From IMG/VR virus record IMGVR_UViG_3300028597_000007: a DNA stretch of 64,000 nt; one strand, given 5' to 3'. The notes under the pieces are model-generated. The model saw only the letters and a list, made by a program, of their open reading frames with translations. It did not search any database and had not been told where the DNA came from. Numbering within the stretch: position 1 is the stretch's first letter; every line of letters begins with the position of its first letter. Below, piece after piece: positions 53,978 to 63,106 of this stretch. The position numbers and the translations under genes are program-made. The DNA comes from a virus.

Positions 53978-55261
53978 TCAGGTGAAATGGCGCCTTGGAT
54001 CAAAGCGCGTAGTTTTAAGGGCCGTACCGTGGGCTTTACCCATGAAGATGTACAGCATCATCGAACCCATGTCGGAGGCTTGACCACCAGGAGAGTTCGG
54101 GAAGCGAGCGTTCATGTCGCCCATACACTTGCCGCAGTAACCTGCACCAGGGGTCAGGCAGCGCTGAGGACTCCGCAGGGTAATCGTCTTGTTGACAATC
54201 GCGTCCAGGTTCTGCTCAGTAATGTGCACCGTCTTGCCATTGACGATGATGTAGAAGCCGATGTAGCGCTTGGCTTTATCTGCTGCCACAAACCGCTTGA
54301 TACCCAGCACAGACCCGCAGTCGTCTTCGGTGATCGCATGGTTCTGGAATACCCGGATCAGGTACTGTACCGCTTCACCACCGAGCGCTGTCTGCGCACC
54401 ACGGTTGAAGGAACCTTCGCGGAGCGAGTTCGCATAGTCCGGGAGGTTCTTAAGGTTCAGGCCTTCGTCCAGAGACGTTGGGATCAGGTTCACCTGAGTA
54501 CCGTCACCGAAAGCAGATTCCTCACCGTGCATGAGCAGCGTCTTCATGCGAACGATGTCGAAGTTCTTCTTACCGATGAGGTAGTCTTGCGAGTCGTCCC
54601 CCTTTACCCAGTCCTTGTCCACCTTGGACAACTCGCCTTTGATGATGGCGATGGTGGCTGGGTCGTGTAGGCGATCCTTGTACTGCTCCAGAAGCTTTTC
54701 GCGCAGTTCCCGTACCTTGGGGTCAGTCACCAGAGATTTACGCGTGGTGCCTGGTGTGAAGAGCTGCGTGAGGCCAGAGAGGATACATGCAGTAGCCTCC
54801 GTGTATCGCAGCAACTCCCAGACATAGATCTTGGCAGGATCGTTCTGGCTACGGTCTTCCGGGTTATTGGTCAGACGCTGAGCAATGATCTTCTCGATGT
54901 CTGACAGACGACGCGGGTTGGGGTCGAAAGGAATCTTGCCATTGAACGCGTAGACCACAGCCAGATGATGCCACAGCACCCAGGCGTAAGGTGCATTGCA
55001 GTCTGCCTCACATCCGATGAAGTCACCTTTCTTGAAGTCGGCCACCTCACGCTTGGAGAACAGTGGCTTGGTGATGTCTGCTTCAAAGCGAAGCTTGGAC
55101 TCACCCATCTTAACCACCCACTCCTTACCTTCCACGTAAGGCTCGTACTCGCCCGCCTCACCACGGGTCAGGGAGAATGCACGGATCGACCAGGACAAAC
55201 GTTTGTACAGGCCAAGCTCCATGCATTTGAGAAAGAACAACCGCTTATCAAGCGTTTCCAT
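53978..55261 (-). CDS. virion RNA polymerase beta-prime middle subunit (phiKZ gp80-like)
   Basis: NSLREGSFNRGAQTALGG, DDCGS, RSPQRC...CGKCMG Zn site. Confidence 0.88.
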   Translation of the reverse strand: METLDKRLFFLKCMELGLYKRLSWSIRAFSLTRGEAGEYEPYVEGKEWVVKMGESKLRFEADITKPLFSKREVADFKKGDFIGCEADCNAPYAWVLWHHLAVVYAFNGKIPFDPNPRRLSDIEKIIAQRLTNNPEDRSQNDPAKIYVWELLRYTEATACILSGLTQLFTPGTTRKSLVTDPKVRELREKLLEQYKDRLHDPATIAIIKGELSKVDKDWVKGDDSQDYLIGKKNFDIVRMKTLLMHGEESAFGDGTQVNLIPTSLDEGLNLKNLPDYANSLREGSFNRGAQTALGGEAVQYLIRVFQNHAITEDDCGSVLGIKRFVAADKAKRYIGFYIIVNGKTVHITEQNLDAIVNKTITLRSPQRCLTPGAGYCGKCMGDMNARFPNSPGGQASDMGSMMLYIFMGKAHGTALKTTRFDPRRHFT

Positions 55262-56087
55262 GACCCAGTACCCTTGTCAGAATTTTGTTGATCTCTGCCA
55301 AGAGGCGTTGACCTGCTTGGGAACTGCCCAGCACAGGCTCCATCAACTTGGCCACTTCTTCACGCAGGGTATCGCGCTTGAGGTCAGACATCAGTGCCAT
55401 GCCAGACACCTCGACTGCCATCTGCTCAATCGGCAGTGCCTCGAACCACTTGTCGTTGTTCACGATCAGGGTGTTCATCGACTGACCCAGTGCAGCGCCA
55501 CTGCGCACGTAGTCCACGACCTTGGACTCTGGGTAGATGGCCGCGAACACACGGAAGTCGCTCAGCGCAGCGCCTGGGATGGTGGACTCCTCATCCGAGA
55601 GCAATGGCTTGGATTCCATCGACTCGCCCAGCCGTTTGATCAAGCTGGGGGATACGGAAACGATCCAGTCAATCAGGTGACCATCGTGGTTCTTACCGAC
55701 CATCTCGAACAGTTCGGTGAGGATGTCGGTGTTGGAGTTACCCAGCTCATGGATGTCAATGCCGTCTGGGTAGTCCAGGTGTGATACACCTTCTGCCGTG
55801 TCCCAAGTCAGGAGGAACTCCAGCAGGTCGGCAGTGGTGGAGATTGCACTAGGCTCGAATTCGATCTCAACGCCAAATTGAGCATAGGCAGCCAAGATCC
55901 CATCGATCATCATCTTCTCAGCGTTACCTGCGATGACTTCAGGTTCAAGACCCTGCTCACCCTTGATGATGTGCTCGATGCGATCGGTGTGTCCGGTCAT
56001 CCCGCAGCGATAGAGCAGGTTGATGCAGTGCATCAGCTCTACGGTGCGGTTGGGGTGATAAACCGCGTTAAAGAATTGTTCAAGCAT
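55248..56087 (-). CDS. conserved acidic protein co-transcribed with the vRNAP subunit
   Basis: RBS AGGTG; overlaps the vRNAP start. Confidence 0.75.
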   Translation of the reverse strand: MLEQFFNAVYHPNRTVELMHCINLLYRCGMTGHTDRIEHIIKGEQGLEPEVIAGNAEKMMIDGILAAYAQFGVEIEFEPSAISTTADLLEFLLTWDTAEGVSHLDYPDGIDIHELGNSNTDILTELFEMVGKNHDGHLIDWIVSVSPSLIKRLGESMESKPLLSDEESTIPGAALSDFRVFAAIYPESKVVDYVRSGAALGQSMNTLIVNNDKWFEALPIEQMAVEVSGMALMSDLKRDTLREEVAKLMEPVLGSSQAGQRLLAEINKILTRVLGHGNA

Positions 56088-56174
56088 GGCGCACCTAAAC
56101 TGTGTGTTATATAGGAAGAGCGTCTACTAAGATATAGCGGCTATGGCCTCTTCAACAGACAAGGAAATATACAA

Positions 56175-57065
56175 ATGGCAAATGGCAAGAGCGGCGCGTT
56201 CGGTAGCCGCAAAGGTATCAAGACTCCAGCGGTCATGGTTCAGGGAAACCAGCTGCGTGTGGCAAAGGACCCAGCCCCATGGTTCGCTGACTTCGACTCG
56301 CTGGCGGCACAGTGCACCGCACTGACCACCTCCCCGGCAATGATCATGCCGTACTTCGGCGACGCCGAACTGATGGCCAAGATCGACCGTCAGGGCGTTA
56401 ACGATGCCACCAAGGCATTGATGGAACAGATCAAGCAACAGAAAGAACGTCTGGCTGCACTGGTTGCTGAGACCAAGGCCATGCGTGAAGGCGTCCCGGC
56501 CATGGACGGCAAACCTGCTCGTGCCCCGATCACCAAGGTCACCCAGGACAACACCATCGAGCTGCTGAACCACGGCGAGCAGTTCCAAACCTTCATGGAT
56601 GACTGGCTGCGCATCATCTACTTCTCCATGGACAAGGTGCTGGACTTCTTCCGCGCCCTCGGTCAGGACATCCCGGTACTGTGCCCTTACAGCCAGGGCT
56701 TCGTGAAGACCGAGCAGAACATGACCCCAGAAGAGCTGAAGGCGGCCTCCGGTGCCAGCCTCGACGAGCTGGCCGCAGAAGTCGCCGAAGAAGATCACCT
56801 GGGCAAGATGATCCTCGGCGTACTGCAGGCAGCACCGCTGAAGGCGCACCAGCGCAAGGCCTTCGCCAAGATGATCGAGGTCACCCCTGAGCAGTTCAAC
56901 AAGCTGATCAAGGGCGACTACCGCCAGTTCTCCCTGACCAAGCTGCGTTCCATCCATGAGAAGATGGACGGCCCTGCCTACGAGCAGGAACTGGCAGCTG
57001 TCGAGCAGACCGAACTCCAGCAGATGGCAGAAGCTGCCGAATCCACCACTCAAAAGGTTGAGTAA
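56175..57065 (+). CDS. abundant coiled-coil protein with a C-terminal XRE-like HTH
   Basis: AHQRKAFAKMIEVTPEQFNKLIKGDYRQFSLTKL; RBS AAGGA; strong codon bias. Confidence 0.75.
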   Translation: MANGKSGAFGSRKGIKTPAVMVQGNQLRVAKDPAPWFADFDSLAAQCTALTTSPAMIMPYFGDAELMAKIDRQGVNDATKALMEQIKQQKERLAALVAETKAMREGVPAMDGKPARAPITKVTQDNTIELLNHGEQFQTFMDDWLRIIYFSMDKVLDFFRALGQDIPVLCPYSQGFVKTEQNMTPEELKAASGASLDELAAEVAEEDHLGKMILGVLQAAPLKAHQRKAFAKMIEVTPEQFNKLIKGDYRQFSLTKLRSIHEKMDGPAYEQELAAVEQTELQQMAEAAESTTQKVE

Positions 57066-57067
57066 CC

Positions 57068-58696
57068 ATGCAAGGTTCCGACATCGAAAGCGAAGCACCA
57101 GCGCCGGATGATTCCGATCTGGTGCATGAGGCCGAGGCTGTTGCGCAGGTAGAACTGCCGGCCGAAGAACGTGCCCCGGCCGAAGAAAAGCCGCGCACTG
57201 AAATGCACGACGACGAAGACTCCGACCTGCCCAATGAAGACCAAGCGTCTTCCGAAGCCGGTAAGCCGTTCTTCGAAGCCGACCACTGGCAGAGCGACAA
57301 GACCTACCAGAAGGAGCCGATGGTTAAAGACCGTCCGGCTAACTTCGAACCCCCGTTCACCTTGATTGTCCCCTCGCTGAACACCAAAGACGCTACCCGC
57401 GTTGCTGAAGCGCTGGAACCAGTCATCAAGCATGTCTCTCCACAGACTGCTGAATGGCTCCGCCGCATTGTGACCAGCCAGTCGATGATCGTGGCCAACG
57501 GTCAGTTCGAAGCTTCTCTGCAACGTGATGGCTCGCTCTGGCTGCAAGCACCTGAACACGACGGCATCAAGCTGGTCGCTCAGGTGCCCGCCATTGCACA
57601 GCCTGCACCTGGCACTATCCTGACCGGCCAAGATGCTGAGATCCACATGGCTCAGCAAACCAAGACCTATGCCCGGATGATGTTCCCCCTGTACCACACC
57701 GGTATCTGGTTGAACGTCGCAGTGCCCCACGGCTCCGAGCTGCACGTCCTGGAAGAAGCACTGGCTGCTGCCAAGTACGACCTGGGCTACATGACCAAGG
57801 GCCTGGTTTACTCCAATACCTCAGTCATGCAGAACATCGCGCTGGTCAACTTCGTGTTGGACCATGTGATCAACTCTTCGGCGGAACACACCACCACTGC
57901 GTTCCTGAAGAAGGTGATTCGCATCACCGACATTAACTTGATCGCTGCGAACATGTCGTCGGCTATCTATCCGTCGGGCTTCCCGCTGGAGCGCCCGTGC
58001 TCTGCTGAGCCGATGAAGTGCCACAACGTTACCAAGGGCCTGCTGCGCCTGTCCAAGATCATCTGGACCGACGACAACGGCCTGTCGGCTTACCAGAAGA
58101 AGTTCATGGCTACTCGTCTGGCTGGCCAGAAGAAAACCGAGGCGGACTTCAAGAAGTATCAGGAGGAATTCCCCGGTGTTACTCAACGTGTTGTCGAAAT
58201 TGCTCCTGGCATCAGCGTTCTGCTCATGCCTCCAACTATCGAACAGTACGAGCAGTCCGGCTATTCCTGGATCGAGTCGATTGAGCGTGGGGCGAACGCC
58301 ATGCTCAACACCCCAACTGGTCCTGAACTGAACGCTCACATGACTGCGCAGTATCAACTGCAGTCGATGCGCCAGTACGCCCACTGGGTAGACGCGATCA
58401 TTTACCCGAACGACGTGTCGGTACGTGACCGCGAGACCATCAACAATCTGCTTGCCAAGCAGTCGGATAACACCGACCTGGTTGACAAGTTCATTGCTGC
58501 GGTCAAGCAGTTCATCGAAGACTGTGTTGTCTCGGTCGTCGGCATTAACAACTACAGCTGCCCATCCTGTGGTAAGTCCCAGACTGCCGAAGGTTCGCGC
58601 AATCCGAAGTTGATCCCCCTCGACCCGGTCCACACTTTTTTCACCCTCAGCGGCCTGAAGACTCAAACTACTCTCTCGAAAAACTCGGAGCACTAG
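57068..58696 (+). CDS. putative baseplate-hub/tail assembly chaperone (T4 gp26-like) with a C-terminal CxxC; upstream part of a candidate frameshift fusion
   Basis: Acidic N-tail; CPSCG near the end; IPLDPVHTFF overlaps the slippery site; function inferred. Confidence 0.6.
   Translation: MQGSDIESEAPAPDDSDLVHEAEAVAQVELPAEERAPAEEKPRTEMHDDEDSDLPNEDQASSEAGKPFFEADHWQSDKTYQKEPMVKDRPANFEPPFTLIVPSLNTKDATRVAEALEPVIKHVSPQTAEWLRRIVTSQSMIVANGQFEASLQRDGSLWLQAPEHDGIKLVAQVPAIAQPAPGTILTGQDAEIHMAQQTKTYARMMFPLYHTGIWLNVAVPHGSELHVLEEALAAAKYDLGYMTKGLVYSNTSVMQNIALVNFVLDHVINSSAEHTTTAFLKKVIRITDINLIAANMSSAIYPSGFPLERPCSAEPMKCHNVTKGLLRLSKIIWTDDNGLSAYQKKFMATRLAGQKKTEADFKKYQEEFPGVTQRVVEIAPGISVLLMPPTIEQYEQSGYSWIESIERGANAMLNTPTGPELNAHMTAQYQLQSMRQYAHWVDAIIYPNDVSVRDRETINNLLAKQSDNTDLVDKFIAAVKQFIEDCVVSVVGINNYSCPSCGKSQTAEGSRNPKLIPLDPVHTFFTLSGLKTQTTLSKNSEH
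58636..58642 (+). other. candidate -1 programmed ribosomal frameshift heptamer T TTT TTC
   Basis: X XXY YYZ in the correct phase of the 57068 ORF; the -1 frame is open from 58576 to 59178. Confidence 0.6.
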
Positions 58697-59178
58697 AGCC
58701 TTCACAAATCCAAACCGAAGCCGGATTATCAGTTAACACTAAGCGCCACGTTAACGATCCGAACTTCGGTTTGGACACCGACCTTTATGACACAGAGCTG
58801 GCGCGCATCCGCGAGGTGATCCATGAGACAGGTGATAAGCCTGACTATGTGGACTCCGAGATGATGATGCGCACGGTGTACGAGTCTGCGTTCGGTATAC
58901 ACAACCACTACGGGCCTAATCAACATCCTTTCGCTTTGGTCGCGGCTCATCCAAAGGAAGATTTTGTTCCGTACTCCAGTCGGTTCCGTGACTATGCGGC
59001 TTACATCAATGCGCGGGTCTACGAGACTACCGGGATTCCAATGGACAAGTTCTTTGATCGGCCTCGTGCCGAGATTGAAATGATCATGGGTCTTGTGCGA
59101 GTCAGCAACCGCAAGCAGGCACACAGCGCTGAAGAGATTGCCGCGGCAGCGCGAGCAGCTCAGCAGGGCAAGAAGTAA
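58636..59178 (+). CDS. downstream -1-frame ORF (T4 gp51/lambda gpT-like assembly chaperone tail), probably reached by frameshift
   Basis: No RBS before TTG 58771; coding-like sequence extends upstream to the slippery site; MDKFFDRPRAEIEMIM C-terminal motif. Confidence 0.65.
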   Translation, partial: FFHPQRPEDSNYSLEKLGALEPSQIQTEAGLSVNTKRHVNDPNFGLDTDLYDTELARIREVIHETGDKPDYVDSEMMMRTVYESAFGIHNHYGPNQHPFALVAAHPKEDFVPYSSRFRDYAAYINARVYETTGIPMDKFFDRPRAEIEMIMGLVRVSNRKQAHSAEEIAAAARAAQQGKK

Positions 59179-59191
59179 TGGGGAGTCTACA

Positions 59192-59479
59192 ATGATCGAC
59201 AACCGCATGATGCGTCACGCTATCATGGGACATGAGGAGGGGGATGATCCACGCCCCTCCCGCTTTGTGGTGGATAACCACACACGTCGCCTGATCCCTT
59301 ACCGTGACACGTACACGGAGAGCCAGGTCTGTACCAAGTTCGGTATCACCAAGGGCCAGCTGCGTAAAGCAGTGAAGTCTGGAGGCTTCCCGAAGCCTAC
59401 CAAGTACGGTCCAGGCAACAAGCCGTGGTGGGCTGACACCATCATCGACAAAGTGTCCCGTGTTGACGAAGACGAGTGA
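59192..59479 (+). CDS. AlpA/excisionase-like winged-helix DNA-binding protein
   Basis: YTESQVCTKFGITKGQLRKAVKSGGFPKP...W; RBS GGGAG. Confidence 0.75.
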   Translation: MIDNRMMRHAIMGHEEGDDPRPSRFVVDNHTRRLIPYRDTYTESQVCTKFGITKGQLRKAVKSGGFPKPTKYGPGNKPWWADTIIDKVSRVDEDE

Positions 59480-59480
59480 C

Positions 59481-59522
59481 GGCATAACCTCCCTCCCCGC
59501 AAGGGGAGGGAGGGCTTTATGC
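59481..59522. terminator. bidirectional terminator with GGCATA/TATGC flanks
   Basis: CCTCCCTCCCC-GCAA-GGGGAGGGAGG. Confidence 0.9.
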
Positions 59523-61268
59523 TGCGTCTTTGTGTTCCTCGTCGTACAGTGCCAGCAGTTCGTTCGAAGCAGGCAGGCCCAGCAGTTGTTGTGCGATCAT
59601 GTTACCGTTGACATGACCACCAGTTAGATCGATACCGATCCATCTCCACTGATCCTCCTCCATGCCCTCCACAGATGACAGTTCCGTTTGCGTTGTGAAC
59701 TTGTCAATGTTGAGCATGTCCTGCAACTTAGGATACGTTGACACCACGTCGATGTCGGATACGTGCGTGAACAGTAATGGAACATGTCCTCGCATGTCAG
59801 ACACAATGTCGTCGTCTGGTTCCGGTCCCATGTAAGCAGGTAGTGTGACGATCCAGTTTCCAAGGCCAGGGCTGGCTTGGTCCACCTCCGTTAACATCTC
59901 GTCGGAAGTAGTACCCGCCATCAGCTTGTACTTCTGCAGGAAGAAGTGCAGGTCGTCAGCGATCATCCGTGGCTGGGAGTCGTAGTTCTTGTACTCGGAG
60001 CACTTCAGAAGAGCTGGCAGGCACATGGCGATGTCGTTGGTGGTTTCATCCAGCATTTCTACCGAGATGTCGTCCCACAAGTTGTAGATGCAGTATTCCA
60101 CAGGGAAATACTTCTGCATGAACTGGTGCCACTCTTTCTTCACGAACCCGTCAGCTTCCGTGAACTTAAGCTTGCCGCCCAGCTTGTGCTTACGCAGCAG
60201 ATAGTCCAGGTTGTACTCGGGGTCGTTCGCCGATGCCGTGCGGATACGCTTGTACAGAAGCATCGAGTCACAGATGACAAAGGAAGCCTGGTTGGTCACC
60301 GTGTGCCATTGGTCAATCGGGTTGATTGGAACCTTGGTGTCTTTACCGCCGTCCTTCTTGACCTTGTGTGCCGCGCCTTGGTTCCATTTGAAGTTACGGA
60401 ACTTCTTAGGAATACGGGGATCGCAGAATACGTCAGCCGGGTCATAGCCAGAGTCACGTAAGGCGCGTTCTGATTTGGGAATATCGAACGCCATGTTGAA
60501 GATGGTGACGTAGTCTGGTTGCCATTCATGGGCTGCCTCAAAGCTACGCTGCACCAATTGAGCCGGGAAGTCATGGATGTTGATTTCCATGGTCTGCGGG
60601 TCAATGCCACGTTTCTTTAAGATCGGCCCTAATAACTCTTCAGCCTTGTCGCGCACCAGTTGAATGAAGCGTTCTGGTTTCTTGTCTTCAGCAGACAGCG
60701 CAGACTCATCAATCCAGCTGCCCAGAATGTTCATGCTGACATTCTTTTTGTTGGTCATCGACGCGATAATGATCTCCTCTTCTTCGGAGTTCATATTCGT
60801 CTCGATATCGTAGACCGCCACGTTACTTGGGGTAGGTGTTCCACCCCAGCGATCGCGGTAACCACGCTTGACCAACACCGGTGTAGATACGTCCGCACCG
60901 TACAGGTAAGGGGACCTGGCAAGCTGTCTCAGACCGCCCCGAGCATTGGGGTTGCCGAGGGCGCGAGCGACCTTATTATGTAGTTCATGCTGACTGCAAG
61001 TGAACTTCCGAAGCTGCGAGATAGGTGCCCACGGGCGCTTGTCTTTATGTGTCCTGTACTTTTCCAGAGTGACGTAAAAGTCACGCTGGTAGTTGTGGAT
61101 CAGACGCAGGTTAGGAATAGGGGGACGCCCGTCCTTGCAGTGAATCAGTTCTTTAACGACGACCACGTCATTAGGCGAATAGTCGTTAGCCTTCGAATAA
61201 GTTGCGTGCACACATTCGAAGCGGTCGATCTCTTCCCGATCGGGGAGATTTGGATACATGAATGGCAT
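59517..61268 (-). CDS. family-B DNA polymerase, N-terminal exonuclease and motif-A half (phiKZ gp82-like)
   Basis: ExoI YDIET, ExoII FNMAFD, ExoIII YNLWD, motif A DIDVVSTYP. Confidence 0.9.
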   Translation of the reverse strand: MPFMYPNLPDREEIDRFECVHATYSKANDYSPNDVVVVKELIHCKDGRPPIPNLRLIHNYQRDFYVTLEKYRTHKDKRPWAPISQLRKFTCSQHELHNKVARALGNPNARGGLRQLARSPYLYGADVSTPVLVKRGYRDRWGGTPTPSNVAVYDIETNMNSEEEEIIIASMTNKKNVSMNILGSWIDESALSAEDKKPERFIQLVRDKAEELLGPILKKRGIDPQTMEINIHDFPAQLVQRSFEAAHEWQPDYVTIFNMAFDIPKSERALRDSGYDPADVFCDPRIPKKFRNFKWNQGAAHKVKKDGGKDTKVPINPIDQWHTVTNQASFVICDSMLLYKRIRTASANDPEYNLDYLLRKHKLGGKLKFTEADGFVKKEWHQFMQKYFPVEYCIYNLWDDISVEMLDETTNDIAMCLPALLKCSEYKNYDSQPRMIADDLHFFLQKYKLMAGTTSDEMLTEVDQASPGLGNWIVTLPAYMGPEPDDDIVSDMRGHVPLLFTHVSDIDVVSTYPKLQDMLNIDKFTTQTELSSVEGMEEDQWRWIGIDLTGGHVNGNMIAQQLLGLPASNELLALYDEEHKDAA

Positions 61269-61330
61269 GATGTGCTCCAGCGTGAATCTCGAAATTCTCT
61301 AAACAGTATCCCGGCCGGGTAGGAACTCAC

Positions 61331-62632
61331 ATGACACGTCGTCTCAAACAGTGCGCCACGATGGTGCAAGAGGCTATCGCCCACCAGGGTCGAAGCCAAC
61401 TCTTCCGTGATCTCCTCATGATCATCCGCGAGGTCAAGGAAGTCCCTTACGCTGCGCTGGGCAAAGAATTGCTCATCAAGAAGGGCATCGATAAGGTGAT
61501 CGAGAAACACACGGGTCTGAAGATCCCTGTGTACATCGACAACTCGCCGTACATCAATGCCTGGATCTATCCTCCGTACATCGACGCCAACCACGCGGTG
61601 TTCGCCGGTAACCAGTGGCAGCGTGGCGACAACTGGACCCTGGAGTACATCAACAAGCAGTCCAACAAGGTCTTCGGTAAATCCGAATCGATCTTCGGCA
61701 CTGTTGACCGTGAGCGCTCGCGCGTGTCTGGTGACTTCACCAAGATCGAGTGTCCGATGTACGTCACTCGTATGGCCATCAATCATCCAGAGGCGACCCC
61801 TGAGATGATCGTGTCGGTTATCCTGCACGAGATCGGTCACGTCTTCACCTACTTCGAGTTCATGGGTCGAGTGACCACCTTCAACGGCGCACTGCAGGCT
61901 GCCTCAGAAATGTTCTTCCAGTGCAACTCCCGCGAAGACCGCCTCAAGGTTGTCCGTGACGTGGGTGACAAGTTCGGCGTCGATACCGACGACCGCGATG
62001 CATTGATGAACTCCCGCTCCAAAGACGGCTTCATTACCGTCCTGGCCCGCGGTTACGTCATCGACCGCAAGTCGAGCCTGGGTTCTTCGATTTATGACAT
62101 CACCCTGTGGGAGTCGCTGTCTGACCAGTTCAGCATGCGCCACGGCTCCGGCGTTGATGGTGTGAAGATGATGGACCTGATCTACAAGAACAGCGGCGCC
62201 TCGGCCTACCACGGTACCCTGACCCACATCATCTTTACCCTGTTCAAGGTTCTGATGTTCATCGTCATGACCTTCTCGCTGTTCGGCCTGCCTCTGCTGC
62301 TGTTGTTTATCAACCCGGCAGAGAAGATCTATGACGAGCCAGAAGCCCGCATGTTGCGCATGCGTAACGACTTCGTCTCGGGTCTGAAGTCTCCCACCAT
62401 CTCCAAAGAGGAGAAGGCAAAGATCGCTGAAGACGTTAAGGAAATTGATCTGATCATCAAGGACCTGGACGACAAGCGCGGCCTGATTGAACTGTTCTAC
62501 ACCTCCTGCACCCCAGAAGGTCGTCGTCAGTACAGTCAGATGCGCTTCCAGCAAGCCGTAGAGAACCTGGTTGCCAACGACCTGCTCGTGGCCTCTACCC
62601 GCCTGACCAACCTCGCTAACCGCCTTTCCTGA
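61331..62632 (+). CDS. virion head/ejection protein with an HExxH zinc-metallopeptidase-like motif (phiKZ gp84-like)
   Basis: ILHEIGH; hydrophobic hairpin near the C-terminus; RBS AGGA; synteny. Confidence 0.7.
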   Translation: MTRRLKQCATMVQEAIAHQGRSQLFRDLLMIIREVKEVPYAALGKELLIKKGIDKVIEKHTGLKIPVYIDNSPYINAWIYPPYIDANHAVFAGNQWQRGDNWTLEYINKQSNKVFGKSESIFGTVDRERSRVSGDFTKIECPMYVTRMAINHPEATPEMIVSVILHEIGHVFTYFEFMGRVTTFNGALQAASEMFFQCNSREDRLKVVRDVGDKFGVDTDDRDALMNSRSKDGFITVLARGYVIDRKSSLGSSIYDITLWESLSDQFSMRHGSGVDGVKMMDLIYKNSGASAYHGTLTHIIFTLFKVLMFIVMTFSLFGLPLLLLFINPAEKIYDEPEARMLRMRNDFVSGLKSPTISKEEKAKIAEDVKEIDLIIKDLDDKRGLIELFYTSCTPEGRRQYSQMRFQQAVENLVANDLLVASTRLTNLANRLS

Positions 62633-62643
62633 GGAGTGCCACC

Positions 62644-63096
62644 GTGCGCGAACTTAAAATCACCCGCAAGAAGTCGGGTAACATTCTGGCCAACATCAAC
62701 CAGATGCTCACCGCCACCAAAGTCGACGCCATCGATCGTACCGCGGTAACTGAACTGGGCTTTGCTGAGCTGGTAGCAGCCACCCTGCCCCTGTGCCCAA
62801 CTGGCCAAGACCCAGCCGACTTCTACCGTGCCAACTGCATCGAGGGCGTGCGTGCGTTCCTGGACCAGGTGGTCGAGATGGTCAACATCAACCAGGAACA
62901 GTGCCTGCTGGCTGTCTGGGGCGTCTACGCTTACCGCCTGTCGATCATCCAGCCGATGAACCTGACCGACGTGCGGCCTTGTGTGGGTCGCTACATGGCC
63001 AAGTTGCCCGAGCGCCACAGCGCCATGGTTGCCAAGTACCCGACCCTGAACGAGAACTACTGGGCTCTGGCTGACAGTATCTACGTCAACGTTTAA
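62644..63096 (+). CDS. virion structural protein (phiKZ gp85-like)
   Basis: GTG after GAGGAG; biased codons; synteny. Confidence 0.65.
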   Translation: MRELKITRKKSGNILANINQMLTATKVDAIDRTAVTELGFAELVAATLPLCPTGQDPADFYRANCIEGVRAFLDQVVEMVNINQEQCLLAVWGVYAYRLSIIQPMNLTDVRPCVGRYMAKLPERHSAMVAKYPTLNENYWALADSIYVNV

Positions 63097-63106
63097 GGTG
63101 ATCGCG

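Noticed and set aside
59192-59479. Prophage or integrative element implied by the AlpA-like gene
   Set aside because: No integrase, att-like repeats or compositional break nearby
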